A stretch of 45,987 nt of DNA from Bacteroidia bacterium (GTDB lineage Bacteria > Bacteroidota > Bacteroidia > NS11-12g > UBA955): NCBI GenBank assembly GCA_020853295.1, contig JADYZD010000195.1, forward strand, positions 1 through 45,987. The letters run 5' to 3'. The position numbers were made by a program, and so were the translations under genes. The notes beneath the pieces are model-generated. The model saw nothing but the letters and a program-made list of their open reading frames with translations, did no database searches and was not told the origin of the DNA. Every line of letters starts with the position of its first letter. Position 1 is the first letter of the stretch. Shown one piece after another: positions 27,165 through 36,109 of this stretch.

Positions 27165-28718
27165 TTGAACAACGAATTAATAATCAATAAAAATTCGTCG
27201 GGGATTGAGATTGCTTTATTAACCGAGAAAAAACTAACTCAGTTTCATCGTGAGTTGGCTGACTCATCCTATCAAGTGGGTGATTTTTACCTCGGAAAAA
27301 TCAAGAAAATTTCTCCGGCGTTGAATGCCGCGTTTGTAGATATAGGCGCGGATAAGGATGGTTTTCTTACCTACTTCGATCTTGGACCCAATGTGAATAG
27401 TGTGCGCAAATTTACCAAAATGGTAATGGAGGGCAGAACGGGTACTTTCGACATCGAAAAATTTGAATTAGAGCCACAAACCGTTAAAACCGGTAAAATA
27501 ACCCAAGCCTTTAGAAGTGGCGAAAAAGTGCTGGTTCAAGTTCTCAAAGAACCAATTGCCAATAAAGGACCCAAAATCACTTGTGATATCAGTCTTGCCG
27601 GTAGGTTTTTTGTATTGGTGCCTTTCTCTAACCAGGTTTCACTGAGCCGCAAAATTGGCAGCCCTGAAGAAAAAAAGCGCTTACGCGATTTGGCGATAAG
27701 CCTAAAACCCAAGAATTTTGGTGTCATCATCCGCACCGTTGCTGAAGGAGTAGATATTTCTGATTTGGATGCAGATTTACGGGCACTGCTTAAGAAATGG
27801 GAACAACTGCTGAAACAACTTAAAAATGCAGCCCCCGCCAGTTTGGTTTTGGGCGAAGGAAACCGCATTCAAACCTTACTTAGGGATATTCTTAATGATT
27901 CATTTTCAAGCGTTTTGGTCAATGACCAAGAAATTTTTAATGAAATCAAAGCATACCTCTCTCGCATTTCTCCTCAAAGCGAGAAAATTTTAAAACTGCA
28001 TACGGGTAAAACACCCATTTTCGACCAATACGGTGTAAACCGCCAAATAAAATCATCTTTTGGCAAAAGTGTTCCATTTAGTGCAGGCGCTTACTTGGTC
28101 ATTGACCATACAGAAGCACTCCATGTTATTGATGTAAATAGCGGCAACACTTCATTCGATCCCAAAAACAGGGATGAAAATGTGCTGAAAGTGAACTTAG
28201 AAGCAGTTGATGAAATTGCACGCCAAATTCGCCTTAGGGATATGGGAGGAATCATTGTCGTTGATTTTATCGACATGAAAAACCCCAAACATCGCAATGA
28301 TTTGTACACTGCACTGCGCGATGCCATGAAGTCGGATAAAGCCAGACACACCATTTTGCCAATGAGCAAATTTGGTTTGGTTCAAATGACCAGAGAAAGG
28401 GTAAGGCCCCAAGTAGAAATTACTACAACAGAAATTTGTCCAAGTTGCAATGGCTCTGGAAGAATTGAAAACTCTGTTCAATTGATCGACCGCTTGGAAA
28501 ATAATGTGGTGTATTTATGGGAGAATATGAACCATAAAAACCTCACTTTGAGGGCCCACCCTATGGTAATTTCATATATTCGTCAAGGAATTCCTTCTTT
28601 GCGAATGAAATGGTGGCTCAAATACAGGCGTTGGTTAAAATTGGTACCCGAAATTGGGTTTCAAGTTACCAAACTCGAATTTCAAGATACCGACGGTCAC
28701 CCAATTGTAGGTGATTAA
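27165..28718 (+). CDS. rng: Ribonuclease G/E family (Rne/Rng) endoribonuclease
   Basis: An S1 domain (VGDFYLGKIKKISPALNAAFVDIG) followed by the catalytic core HTEALHVIDVNSG...GGIIVVDFIDM and a Zn-link CPSCNGSG. 517 aa with a TTG start. Confidence 0.85.
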   Translation: MNNELIINKNSSGIEIALLTEKKLTQFHRELADSSYQVGDFYLGKIKKISPALNAAFVDIGADKDGFLTYFDLGPNVNSVRKFTKMVMEGRTGTFDIEKFELEPQTVKTGKITQAFRSGEKVLVQVLKEPIANKGPKITCDISLAGRFFVLVPFSNQVSLSRKIGSPEEKKRLRDLAISLKPKNFGVIIRTVAEGVDISDLDADLRALLKKWEQLLKQLKNAAPASLVLGEGNRIQTLLRDILNDSFSSVLVNDQEIFNEIKAYLSRISPQSEKILKLHTGKTPIFDQYGVNRQIKSSFGKSVPFSAGAYLVIDHTEALHVIDVNSGNTSFDPKNRDENVLKVNLEAVDEIARQIRLRDMGGIIVVDFIDMKNPKHRNDLYTALRDAMKSDKARHTILPMSKFGLVQMTRERVRPQVEITTTEICPSCNGSGRIENSVQLIDRLENNVVYLWENMNHKNLTLRAHPMVISYIRQGIPSLRMKWWLKYRRWLKLVPEIGFQVTKLEFQDTDGHPIVGD

Positions 28719-28788
28719 TACTTTACATTCTCTTTATTTTTTCCATTTCACTGCTTAGTGAGCAAGATATAGTATGTAAACTATCAAC

Positions 28789-28796
28789 TATATTTG
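28789..28796 (+). promoter_or_regulatory. Candidate -7 promoter box (tatatttg)
   Basis: Exact TAnnTTTG ending 7 nt before the ATG at 28804. Confidence 0.45.
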
Positions 28797-28803
28797 AAAC
28801 CTT

Positions 28804-30453
28804 ATGTCTAAAAACCTAAGTGAACTTTCCGGCAGAAAAGGCCTGCAAGAAAATTTGTTTGAAGAAATAGGGATTCTGGCCCGAAAAAATGGAACAGCAG
28901 ATCCTGCAGATTTAGAAAAATTAGCAGATGCCTTTTTAGTAGGAAAAGCCAATACTTATGGCAGCGCCAGCTTTTATGACTTTACCCGGGCTGAAAATAA
29001 AGGCAAGAAAGTATATGTATGTGATGGCTCGGCTTGTATGACAGCAGGCACACAGGACCATGTAAAATCCAAACTCCTAGAACACTACGATGCTTCTGAA
29101 GTAGGAAGCATGTATTGCTTGGGCAGGTGCCATGAAAATAGTGCATTTCACGCCAATGGTTACAATTATAGCGGCAAGGATATTGAAAATATTGCGGCCA
29201 TAAAAAGTGAGCAGAAAAGAAACATTGATACTTACAACACTGCACATTATGGTACTCCAGTTTTAATGGAACCCTTCTCCAGTATTGATGAGTTTTATAA
29301 GATTTGGAGCAATGCACTTCAAAACAGTCCCGAAGGATTGCTTGAAGAAATAAAAAAATCAGGGATACGCGGACGCGGTGGTGCTGGTTTTCCAATGGGG
29401 ATAAAATTGGAAACCTGCAAAAACACTGAAATCAAAACAAAGTTTGTGGTTTGTAATGCCGATGAAGGTGACCCTGGCGCATACAGCGACAGGTTCTTAA
29501 TGGAGCAAAGGCCCCATTCACTGCTGTTGGGTATGATGATTACTGGCTATATCATTGGTGCCAACTGGGGTGTAGTTTATATCAGGGGTGAATACCCAGA
29601 AAGTATTGATGTAATTGAAGATGAAATCCGCAATTTGCATCAGGCTGGATTTTTAGGGCAAAATATTTTGGGTAGCGGTTTCGATTTTCACTTCAAAGTC
29701 ATTCGCGCAATGGGTGCTTATATCTGCGGTGAAGAAACTGCTTTGCTGAATTCTATAGAAGGACAAAGACCAGAAGTAAGGGTGAGGCCCCCATTCCCTG
29801 CACAAATGGGCCTTTTCAATAAGCCTACTGTTGTAAATAATGTTGAAACTTTGGCCAGTGTGCCATGGATTGTTAGAGAAGGTGGTGAAAAATATGCTGC
29901 AATTGGCAAAGGCAGGAGCACGGGTACCAAATTGATCTCACTCGATGGGTTCTTCAACAAACCCGGCATTTATGAAGCTGATATGGGCACTCCATTGTCT
30001 TATGTAATCCATACACTGGGCGGCGGATTTAATAGTGATATTAAAGCCCTTCATATTGGTGGACCTTTAGGTGGTTTGGTGCCTGAAAGTAAAATCAATG
30101 ATCTGACGATAGATTTTGAAAGTTTTCAGCAACACGGTTTTCTTCTCGGACATGCCTCTGTTGTATGTATTCCAGAAAAATATCCAATAGCCAAATACAT
30201 AGAACATTTATTTGAATTTACAGCCCATGAAAGTTGCGGCAAATGTTTTCCATGTAGATTGGGCAGCACTAGAGGTAAAGAAATGTTCAAAAAAGCAATA
30301 AACGAAGGGTACAAAATAGACCGTGAATTGCTGGATGATTTGTTGAACACCATGGAAATAGGAAGTCTATGTGCACTAGGCGGTGGCTTGCCGCTTCCTA
30401 TCAAAAATGCACTGGTATATTTCCATGAAGAATTGGCTGAATATTTGGCTTAA
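28804..30453 (+). CDS. Fused NuoE-like [2Fe-2S] / NuoF-like FMN-NAD(H) flavoprotein (FdsB/HoxF-type diaphorase subunit)
   Basis: N-terminal thioredoxin-like 2Fe-2S cysteines CDGSAC...CLGRC. NuoF motifs GRGGAGFPMG (FMN) and a Gly-rich NADH site. 4Fe-4S motif ESCGKCFPCRLG...C. Confidence 0.8.
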   Translation: MSKNLSELSGRKGLQENLFEEIGILARKNGTADPADLEKLADAFLVGKANTYGSASFYDFTRAENKGKKVYVCDGSACMTAGTQDHVKSKLLEHYDASEVGSMYCLGRCHENSAFHANGYNYSGKDIENIAAIKSEQKRNIDTYNTAHYGTPVLMEPFSSIDEFYKIWSNALQNSPEGLLEEIKKSGIRGRGGAGFPMGIKLETCKNTEIKTKFVVCNADEGDPGAYSDRFLMEQRPHSLLLGMMITGYIIGANWGVVYIRGEYPESIDVIEDEIRNLHQAGFLGQNILGSGFDFHFKVIRAMGAYICGEETALLNSIEGQRPEVRVRPPFPAQMGLFNKPTVVNNVETLASVPWIVREGGEKYAAIGKGRSTGTKLISLDGFFNKPGIYEADMGTPLSYVIHTLGGGFNSDIKALHIGGPLGGLVPESKINDLTIDFESFQQHGFLLGHASVVCIPEKYPIAKYIEHLFEFTAHESCGKCFPCRLGSTRGKEMFKKAINEGYKIDRELLDDLLNTMEIGSLCALGGGLPLPIKNALVYFHEELAEYLA

Positions 30454-30544
30454 ATAATTGCTTTTTTAATATCGAATTAAATGGATATTAAAAATTTAAT
30501 TGTTTCGTTATACATGCCGTAATTTACTTTAATTTATAACCAGA

Positions 30545-30874
30545 ATGATGAATATTATTTTACACTACCAATATAGTAAAAGCGAAACTGAACAGCTTGA
30601 AGGTACACAAATTTTCTCCAATCATTCAAATTTTACTTTAGAACATGCGCATGCAGAAATTGAAAAATATTTAATTGGTCATGTATTTTTTATCCCCAAT
30701 CATTTGGGAATTGCACCTTTAGATGGGACAACCAATCCTTCAGAAGATGCGGACTATCATGAATATGAAGGCTTGGAATTTATAGCAGACCATGAGGAAG
30801 GAATGGTGGAGATCAGTGAACTGATTGCGGCCTTAAAGCAATTTAAGAATTCGCATCCGGTCGAATTCTGGTAG
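30545..30874 (+). CDS. Hypothetical acidic, His-rich 109-aa protein
   Basis: Clean ORF with no signal peptide and no motif I recognise. Confidence 0.4.
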   Translation: MMNIILHYQYSKSETEQLEGTQIFSNHSNFTLEHAHAEIEKYLIGHVFFIPNHLGIAPLDGTTNPSEDADYHEYEGLEFIADHEEGMVEISELIAALKQFKNSHPVEFW

Positions 30875-30892
30875 TCTTTTAAACTTACCATT

Positions 30893-30900
30893 TACTTTTG
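30893..30900 (+). promoter_or_regulatory. Candidate -7 promoter box (tacttttg)
   Basis: Exact TAnnTTTG, 27 nt upstream of the ATG at 30928. Confidence 0.35.
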
Positions 30901-30927
30901 AGAACCACAACGTATATATAGAAAGTC

Positions 30928-32055
30928 ATGCATGTAAGAAACAAACCTCTCCTGCTGGTTGTTTTATTTCTATCCATTTCTGTGGTGCGCGCCCAGAATT
31001 ATTCTCAGTATCAATGGACCGTTTATGATACTGCAAACAAATCAGTTTCAGATAATTTTATCTGTGATATTGTATTCGATAAACAAGGAACTGCTTGGGT
31101 AACAACAGGCGGTTTGTCTCTAAATAAATATGCCAATGGAAAATGGGTAACTGTTAAATCTAAGACAGCAGATTCATTGGTTAATGGTTGGTTTAAAAAA
31201 ATAATCATTCAACCCTCAGGTGAATTTTTAATTCTGGGAGTTCCTGGAAAATTGACATTTTACAACCCCATAAATAACAAATGGCGCTACGAAAATAATC
31301 CTGATAATGTGCAATTTTTGCAAGGTGCGATAAACAAAAATGGGAATATCCTTTTGGGTGGAAACACCAGCAGAGGTGGGTGTTTATTTGAATACTCAAA
31401 AAATTCGTTTCATTTGTTACAAGATACTTTGGGCGATATTTTTACCATTCAAATGGTTGAGAATGACAATGCTTTAGTATCATTTAGAAATGGCACATTC
31501 CGTTACTTCAAAAACCCCAATGGAACCTATAGCAAATTGGCCAATAAAATTAGTAATTTGGCTTTTTATAGTCTAAAAAAAGACCATAACAACACTATCT
31601 GGGGAACTTCATTTTCACCTATGAAACTGCAATATTTTTCTAATAATGAATGGTATGCAGTAAACAATATACCAGAATCTGTTTATTATGATTTTAATGG
31701 AAGTTGGCAATATTGCTCACACACACTCAATATGCTCAACAATGGGAACAAAATAATGGGCACACAGTTTGGAGCCCATTTGGCCATAGAAGTTGCAGAT
31801 ACTTGGCAAACATTCCACCTACCCATACTAGAGTTTGACGGAGTAGCTACGGTAACAGTGGCCCCAGATAGCAGCATTTGGGTTGGAACCTGGCACCATG
31901 GAATTTACGTTTTCAGCAGCGTTCAAAATACCCAACATAAAAAAATCGACACTCAGTCTTTGGCCCCGCGACATCAGCAACAGATTCGCCAAATCACACC
32001 GACACCCCCAGCCAAACCCAAAGTATTGCCATTTAAAAAAATGCGAGCTGATTAG
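30928..32055 (+). CDS. Secreted beta-propeller protein (two-component-regulator-propeller-like repeats) with a basic Pro-rich tail
   Basis: Signal peptide ...VVRAQ. Repeats of the form I.DI.FD.QG..WV.T..GL.....G.W. C-terminal TPTPPAKPKVLPFKK. Confidence 0.5.
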   Translation: MHVRNKPLLLVVLFLSISVVRAQNYSQYQWTVYDTANKSVSDNFICDIVFDKQGTAWVTTGGLSLNKYANGKWVTVKSKTADSLVNGWFKKIIIQPSGEFLILGVPGKLTFYNPINNKWRYENNPDNVQFLQGAINKNGNILLGGNTSRGGCLFEYSKNSFHLLQDTLGDIFTIQMVENDNALVSFRNGTFRYFKNPNGTYSKLANKISNLAFYSLKKDHNNTIWGTSFSPMKLQYFSNNEWYAVNNIPESVYYDFNGSWQYCSHTLNMLNNGNKIMGTQFGAHLAIEVADTWQTFHLPILEFDGVATVTVAPDSSIWVGTWHHGIYVFSSVQNTQHKKIDTQSLAPRHQQQIRQITPTPPAKPKVLPFKKMRAD

Positions 32056-32158
32056 GCATTGGTAGTTCATATCCATTTTTCTTCCATTCACCTACCTTTT
32101 ATTACGGTTTAACCTACAAATTGCTTTTTGAAGCAAATAATCCCCCGATTTTTGAACC

Positions 32159-33100
32159 ATGCAAACCATACTCGGATCAAACGGGGCCATAGGTCAAGAA
32201 TTGGCCAAGTCGCTTATTAATTATACATCAGATATAAGATTGGTAAGTCGCAATCCTAAGAAAATAAATGCAACCGACCAATTAATGAAAGCCGATCTTA
32301 CACAAAGAGATGCGGTTTTTAATGCAATTGAAGGCAGCAAAATTGCCTATCTCTGCGTGGGATTAAAATACGACATTAAAGTATGGCAAAAAGATTGGCC
32401 TGTATTGATGAGAAACGTTTTGGATGCATGCCACAAATACAATTGCAAATTGGTGTTTATCGATAATGTTTATGCTATCGATCCCGCACATATTGGTCAT
32501 ATTACCGAGGAGTCTCCAATGAATCCAGTAAGTAAAAAAGGCTTGGTACGCAAAGAAATAAATGAAATGATATTAGGGGATATTCAGAATGGAAAAGTTC
32601 AAGCCATAATAGCCCGATGTGCAGATTATTTTGGTCCATATCCTGAACTCAGTTTGGTGATGATTTCCACCTATAGCAATTTTATCAAAGGCAAAAAAGC
32701 ACAGTGGATGGGAAATCCCAAAATGCCACATACCTATACTTATACTGCCGATGCAGGAAAGGGAATGGCAATACTGGGCAATACCCCAGGTGCATATAAT
32801 CAAATTTGGAACTTACCTACCGAAAAGCGCGGATTTACTGGAGAAGATTGGGTGAACCTTGTATCTAAAGAAATGGGCAAAAGCAATAAATATTCCACAC
32901 TGGGCAATGGAATGATGGGTTTTCTAAGTTTGTTTGTGCCCATTTTGAGAGAATTAAAAGAAATGGCGTATCAATTCAATAGCCCATATTATTTGGATAG
33001 CAGCAAATTTGAAAAATCATTCAATATAAAAGCAACGCCTTACGAAGAAGCAATGCATAACAGCATTGTGTCATTAACTGCTAACAACCACCAGGTTTAA
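32159..33100 (+). CDS. NAD(P)-binding SDR / epimerase-dehydratase family protein
   Basis: N-terminal Rossmann motif ILGSNGAIGQEL. 313 aa. Confidence 0.65.
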   Translation: MQTILGSNGAIGQELAKSLINYTSDIRLVSRNPKKINATDQLMKADLTQRDAVFNAIEGSKIAYLCVGLKYDIKVWQKDWPVLMRNVLDACHKYNCKLVFIDNVYAIDPAHIGHITEESPMNPVSKKGLVRKEINEMILGDIQNGKVQAIIARCADYFGPYPELSLVMISTYSNFIKGKKAQWMGNPKMPHTYTYTADAGKGMAILGNTPGAYNQIWNLPTEKRGFTGEDWVNLVSKEMGKSNKYSTLGNGMMGFLSLFVPILRELKEMAYQFNSPYYLDSSKFEKSFNIKATPYEEAMHNSIVSLTANNHQV

Positions 33101-33602
33101 GTGCAAATTTTTCAATTCCTCCTGGGCCAGTGAGGGATATTTCTCCTGTAGAAAATTGAATTTCAACAAATCCTTCACCGCTTTTTTTCATGAGAAAACG
33201 CAAGTATAGATTCCCTCTTTGGTCTTCATAAACCGTGTAAGTACCGGTATCCGAAATTTCGATTAAATTTCCATTACCACTGGAGGGTTTCACTTTTGAG
33301 TAAATGGTGATTTTATTCTTTTCGCAAAGCTGCATTCTACTTGTCCCCTCAGTTGAAACTGTGTTTTCATTTTCCAATTCACGCAAAGCAGTTTTATGCT
33401 CCAATTCCTTTTGAAATGCATCATTTTTACGGATGCTGTATCCACCATGATTTTCCCATGGATGGCCTGTGTTGGCTGCAGGTTTTAGTGTATCCGTTTT
33501 CTCGGTATTGTTCGGCAATTCCTCTTCAATATTGCTTGATTTACTGCCACTGCAGGAAGATAAAATGAACAAACCAATGAGCATGAATCCGGGCCATTTC
33601 AT
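33081..33602 (-). CDS. Hypothetical lipoprotein
   Basis: MKWPGFMLIGLFILSSCSG lipobox from the ATG at 33602. Its 3' end overlaps the convergent SDR gene by 20 nt. Confidence 0.55.
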   Translation of the reverse strand: MKWPGFMLIGLFILSSCSGSKSSNIEEELPNNTEKTDTLKPAANTGHPWENHGGYSIRKNDAFQKELEHKTALRELENENTVSTEGTSRMQLCEKNKITIYSKVKPSSGNGNLIEISDTGTYTVYEDQRGNLYLRFLMKKSGEGFVEIQFSTGEISLTGPGGIEKFALKPGGC

Positions 33603-33710
33603 AGAGCAATGATACACATTAATTGTATTATTTTAAATGCATATAAATAGTGTTAATCGAAGCAATGCAGATGTAAATGGATTTATACCTGTTTTATACA
33701 ATCCTGCATT

Positions 33711-33718
33711 TACATTTG
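33711..33718 (+). promoter_or_regulatory. Candidate -7 promoter box (tacatttg)
   Basis: Exact TAnnTTTG ending 9 nt before the ATG at 33728. Confidence 0.45.
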
Positions 33719-33727
33719 CACACCTAC

Positions 33728-34777
33728 ATGGATTCAATTACTCAAATAGTGCTTGGCGCTGCGGTTGGAGAAGTTATACTTGGAAAACGCATTGGAAATA
33801 AAGGCATGCTGCTGGGAGCAATAGCAGGAACCATACCTGATTTGGATGTGCTCACCTCACTTTTTAATGACGATCCCATTTTTAGACTGCGAATGCACAG
33901 GGCCTATAGCCATTCTATGTTCACCCATTTTTTGCTTGCCCTACCCCTTGCTTGGCTCAGCCAAAAATGGATTATGGGAAGGGAAACTAAGAATAGCCCC
34001 AAAATTCCATTGGGTTTTAGCAGGTGGTACTGGTTTTGGTTTTTGGGTTTATTTACCCATGCTGTGCTCGACTGTTTTACAACATACGGCACCCGACTAT
34101 TTTTGCCTTTTACAGATTATCAAGTTGCATTTAATAATATATCGGTGGTAGACCCACTGTACACATTGCCATTTATGTTTATTTTAATGGTTTGTTTATT
34201 TATAAAAAGAAACCATCCAAAAAGAAATCAAATTGCCTGGCTTTCTATTTATGTAAGTTCGGCATATATGCTGGCCACATTTGGGCTAAAATATATCGCA
34301 CATTCCAAATTTAAATCCACTATTGGCAATCATATTCAATCGGATAAATCATTTGAATTAAATACAACCCCCACGATTTTTAATGCTGTGCTTTGGGCCG
34401 CTGTTGCAACTACAAACGACAGCTTGTACGTGGCCGAATATTCATTCTTAAATAGGAGTATCCCTATTAAATGGACAGGTTATGCCCGACATCTGGAATT
34501 GGAGAAAGAATTCGAATCGGCTGATTTCAAAACCTTAATTTGGTTTGCAGATGGAAATTATTTCATCCAAAAAAATGAGGACAATTCCATAAGCATTTTT
34601 AATACAAAATGGGGACGAAGTCAATTTGATGAAACAGCACCAGAAAAAGCATTTATTTTTTATTTTAAAGCAAAAAAATTAAATGACAAGGTGGTTTTAG
34701 AATCCATTCAACCTAAGCTGGATGGGAAAATGTTTAATGAAGCACTGCGAAAATTAGGTGAAAGAATTGGGATTTAA
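33728..34777 (+). CDS. Membrane-bound metal-dependent hydrolase (YdjM/YbcI, DUF457-like) with a C-terminal extension
   Basis: MDSITQIVLGAAVGE...GAIAGTIPDLD...HRAYSHS...THAVLDCFT are typical DUF457 His/Asp motifs within TM helices. Confidence 0.7.
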   Translation: MDSITQIVLGAAVGEVILGKRIGNKGMLLGAIAGTIPDLDVLTSLFNDDPIFRLRMHRAYSHSMFTHFLLALPLAWLSQKWIMGRETKNSPKIPLGFSRWYWFWFLGLFTHAVLDCFTTYGTRLFLPFTDYQVAFNNISVVDPLYTLPFMFILMVCLFIKRNHPKRNQIAWLSIYVSSAYMLATFGLKYIAHSKFKSTIGNHIQSDKSFELNTTPTIFNAVLWAAVATTNDSLYVAEYSFLNRSIPIKWTGYARHLELEKEFESADFKTLIWFADGNYFIQKNEDNSISIFNTKWGRSQFDETAPEKAFIFYFKAKKLNDKVVLESIQPKLDGKMFNEALRKLGERIGI

Positions 34778-36030
34778 TTGTTCCTTTTAAATCCGTTTTT
34801 CCCTTTAAAAGGCTTTTTCTTACCTCCAAATTTTACGTCATTCTTTTTACCTGGATTGTATTCTGGACCTTCACCAATATTCTGAGGTAGTGGCAATTTT
34901 TCGACTATCAGGTCCATGAGTTCTTCTATCCTTGAAAATTTATTTTGGTCTTGAGGGGAAATGAAAGTATAGGCTTCCCCATCGGAGGAACCTCTTGCTG
35001 TACGGCCAATGCGGTGAATATAATCCTCGGCATCGCCTGGTACATCATAGTTCACTACAACTCCAATATCATCTATATCAATACCTCGTGATAAAACATC
35101 AGTTGCTACCAGCACTGGAATTCTTTTACTTCTAAAACCGAGTAAAACCTCTTCCCTTTCAGATTGCAACAAATCGGAATGTATTGCTTTAACTGCAAAA
35201 CCGGCCCTTCGCAAATCCTTGTCTAAGTCTTTTACCTTTTGTTTTGTAGAGGCAAAAATGAGAATGCTATTTTCCTTTTTGTTCTTTAGCAATTCCAATA
35301 TTGTAGCAGATTTTTGATTTTCAAAAACAACAAAAGCTCCCTGTTTTACTTTTTCGGCGGGTTTTGAAACCGCCAAACTTATTTGAAATGGATTTTTTAA
35401 TATTTTAGATGCCAGGGTGCGGATTTTGGGAGGCATGGTAGCACTGAATAGCAGAGACTGTCGGTTTTCAGGCAATTTGGCAATGATGCGCATAATGTCA
35501 TCAATAAATCCCATATTCAACATTCGGTCTGCCTCATCTAAAACCAGAAATTGCAAATTTTCGAACCGTGTATTTCCCAAATTCATATGGGAAATCAATT
35601 TACCTGGAGTCGCAACTATTATGTGGGCACCAGAAGCCAGTGCTTTTTTTTCTCTTTCAAAGTCCATCCCATCGCCACCGCCATACAAAACCAAAGAATT
35701 TACTCCAGTATAGTAGGCTAAACCTTGTAAAGTTTGATCGATTTGCAGGGCCAATTCACGGGTTGGTACAATAATTAAAGCACCTGTAGTATCGCGTGGG
35801 TTGGCGGTAAACTCATCTAATATGGGCAACAAAAAAGCGGCAGTTTTGCCCGTGCCTGTTTGGGCACAAGCAATTAAATCCTGTCCATTCTGAACCACAG
35901 GTATACCTTGCTCTTGAATAGGAGTGGGATTTACAAAACCCATGGCATCCAAGCCATCGAGTAAATCGTAGGTAAAATTGAAATCGTCGAAAATCAAAGC
36001 GCAAAGCAAAGGTAAAGCATATTCCTGCAT
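34774..36030 (-). CDS. DEAD-box ATP-dependent RNA helicase (RhlE-like) with a basic C-terminal tail
   Basis: Q motif GF..PTPIQ, AQTGTGKT, PTRELA, DEAD (VLDEADRM), SAT, HRIGRTAR. The true start may be the TTG at 35997 (MIFDDFNF...), 9 nt after a TAccTTTG box. Confidence 0.9.
   Translation of the reverse strand: MQEYALPLLCALIFDDFNFTYDLLDGLDAMGFVNPTPIQEQGIPVVQNGQDLIACAQTGTGKTAAFLLPILDEFTANPRDTTGALIIVPTRELALQIDQTLQGLAYYTGVNSLVLYGGGDGMDFEREKKALASGAHIIVATPGKLISHMNLGNTRFENLQFLVLDEADRMLNMGFIDDIMRIIAKLPENRQSLLFSATMPPKIRTLASKILKNPFQISLAVSKPAEKVKQGAFVVFENQKSATILELLKNKKENSILIFASTKQKVKDLDKDLRRAGFAVKAIHSDLLQSEREEVLLGFRSKRIPVLVATDVLSRGIDIDDIGVVVNYDVPGDAEDYIHRIGRTARGSSDGEAYTFISPQDQNKFSRIEELMDLIVEKLPLPQNIGEGPEYNPGKKNDVKFGGKKKPFKGKNGFKRNN
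36007..36014 (-). promoter_or_regulatory. Candidate -7 promoter box (tacctttg) inside the track's 5' extension of the helicase ORF
   Basis: Exact TAnnTTTG on the minus strand, 9 nt upstream of the in-frame TTG at 35997. Confidence 0.3.
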
Positions 36031-36109
36031 CTAGGGTTTAGCCTATTTTAAAAATTTCTATCTTACTAGGCAACAATTTGATAACACCTGCGTCTATAGA
36101 ATAATAAGT

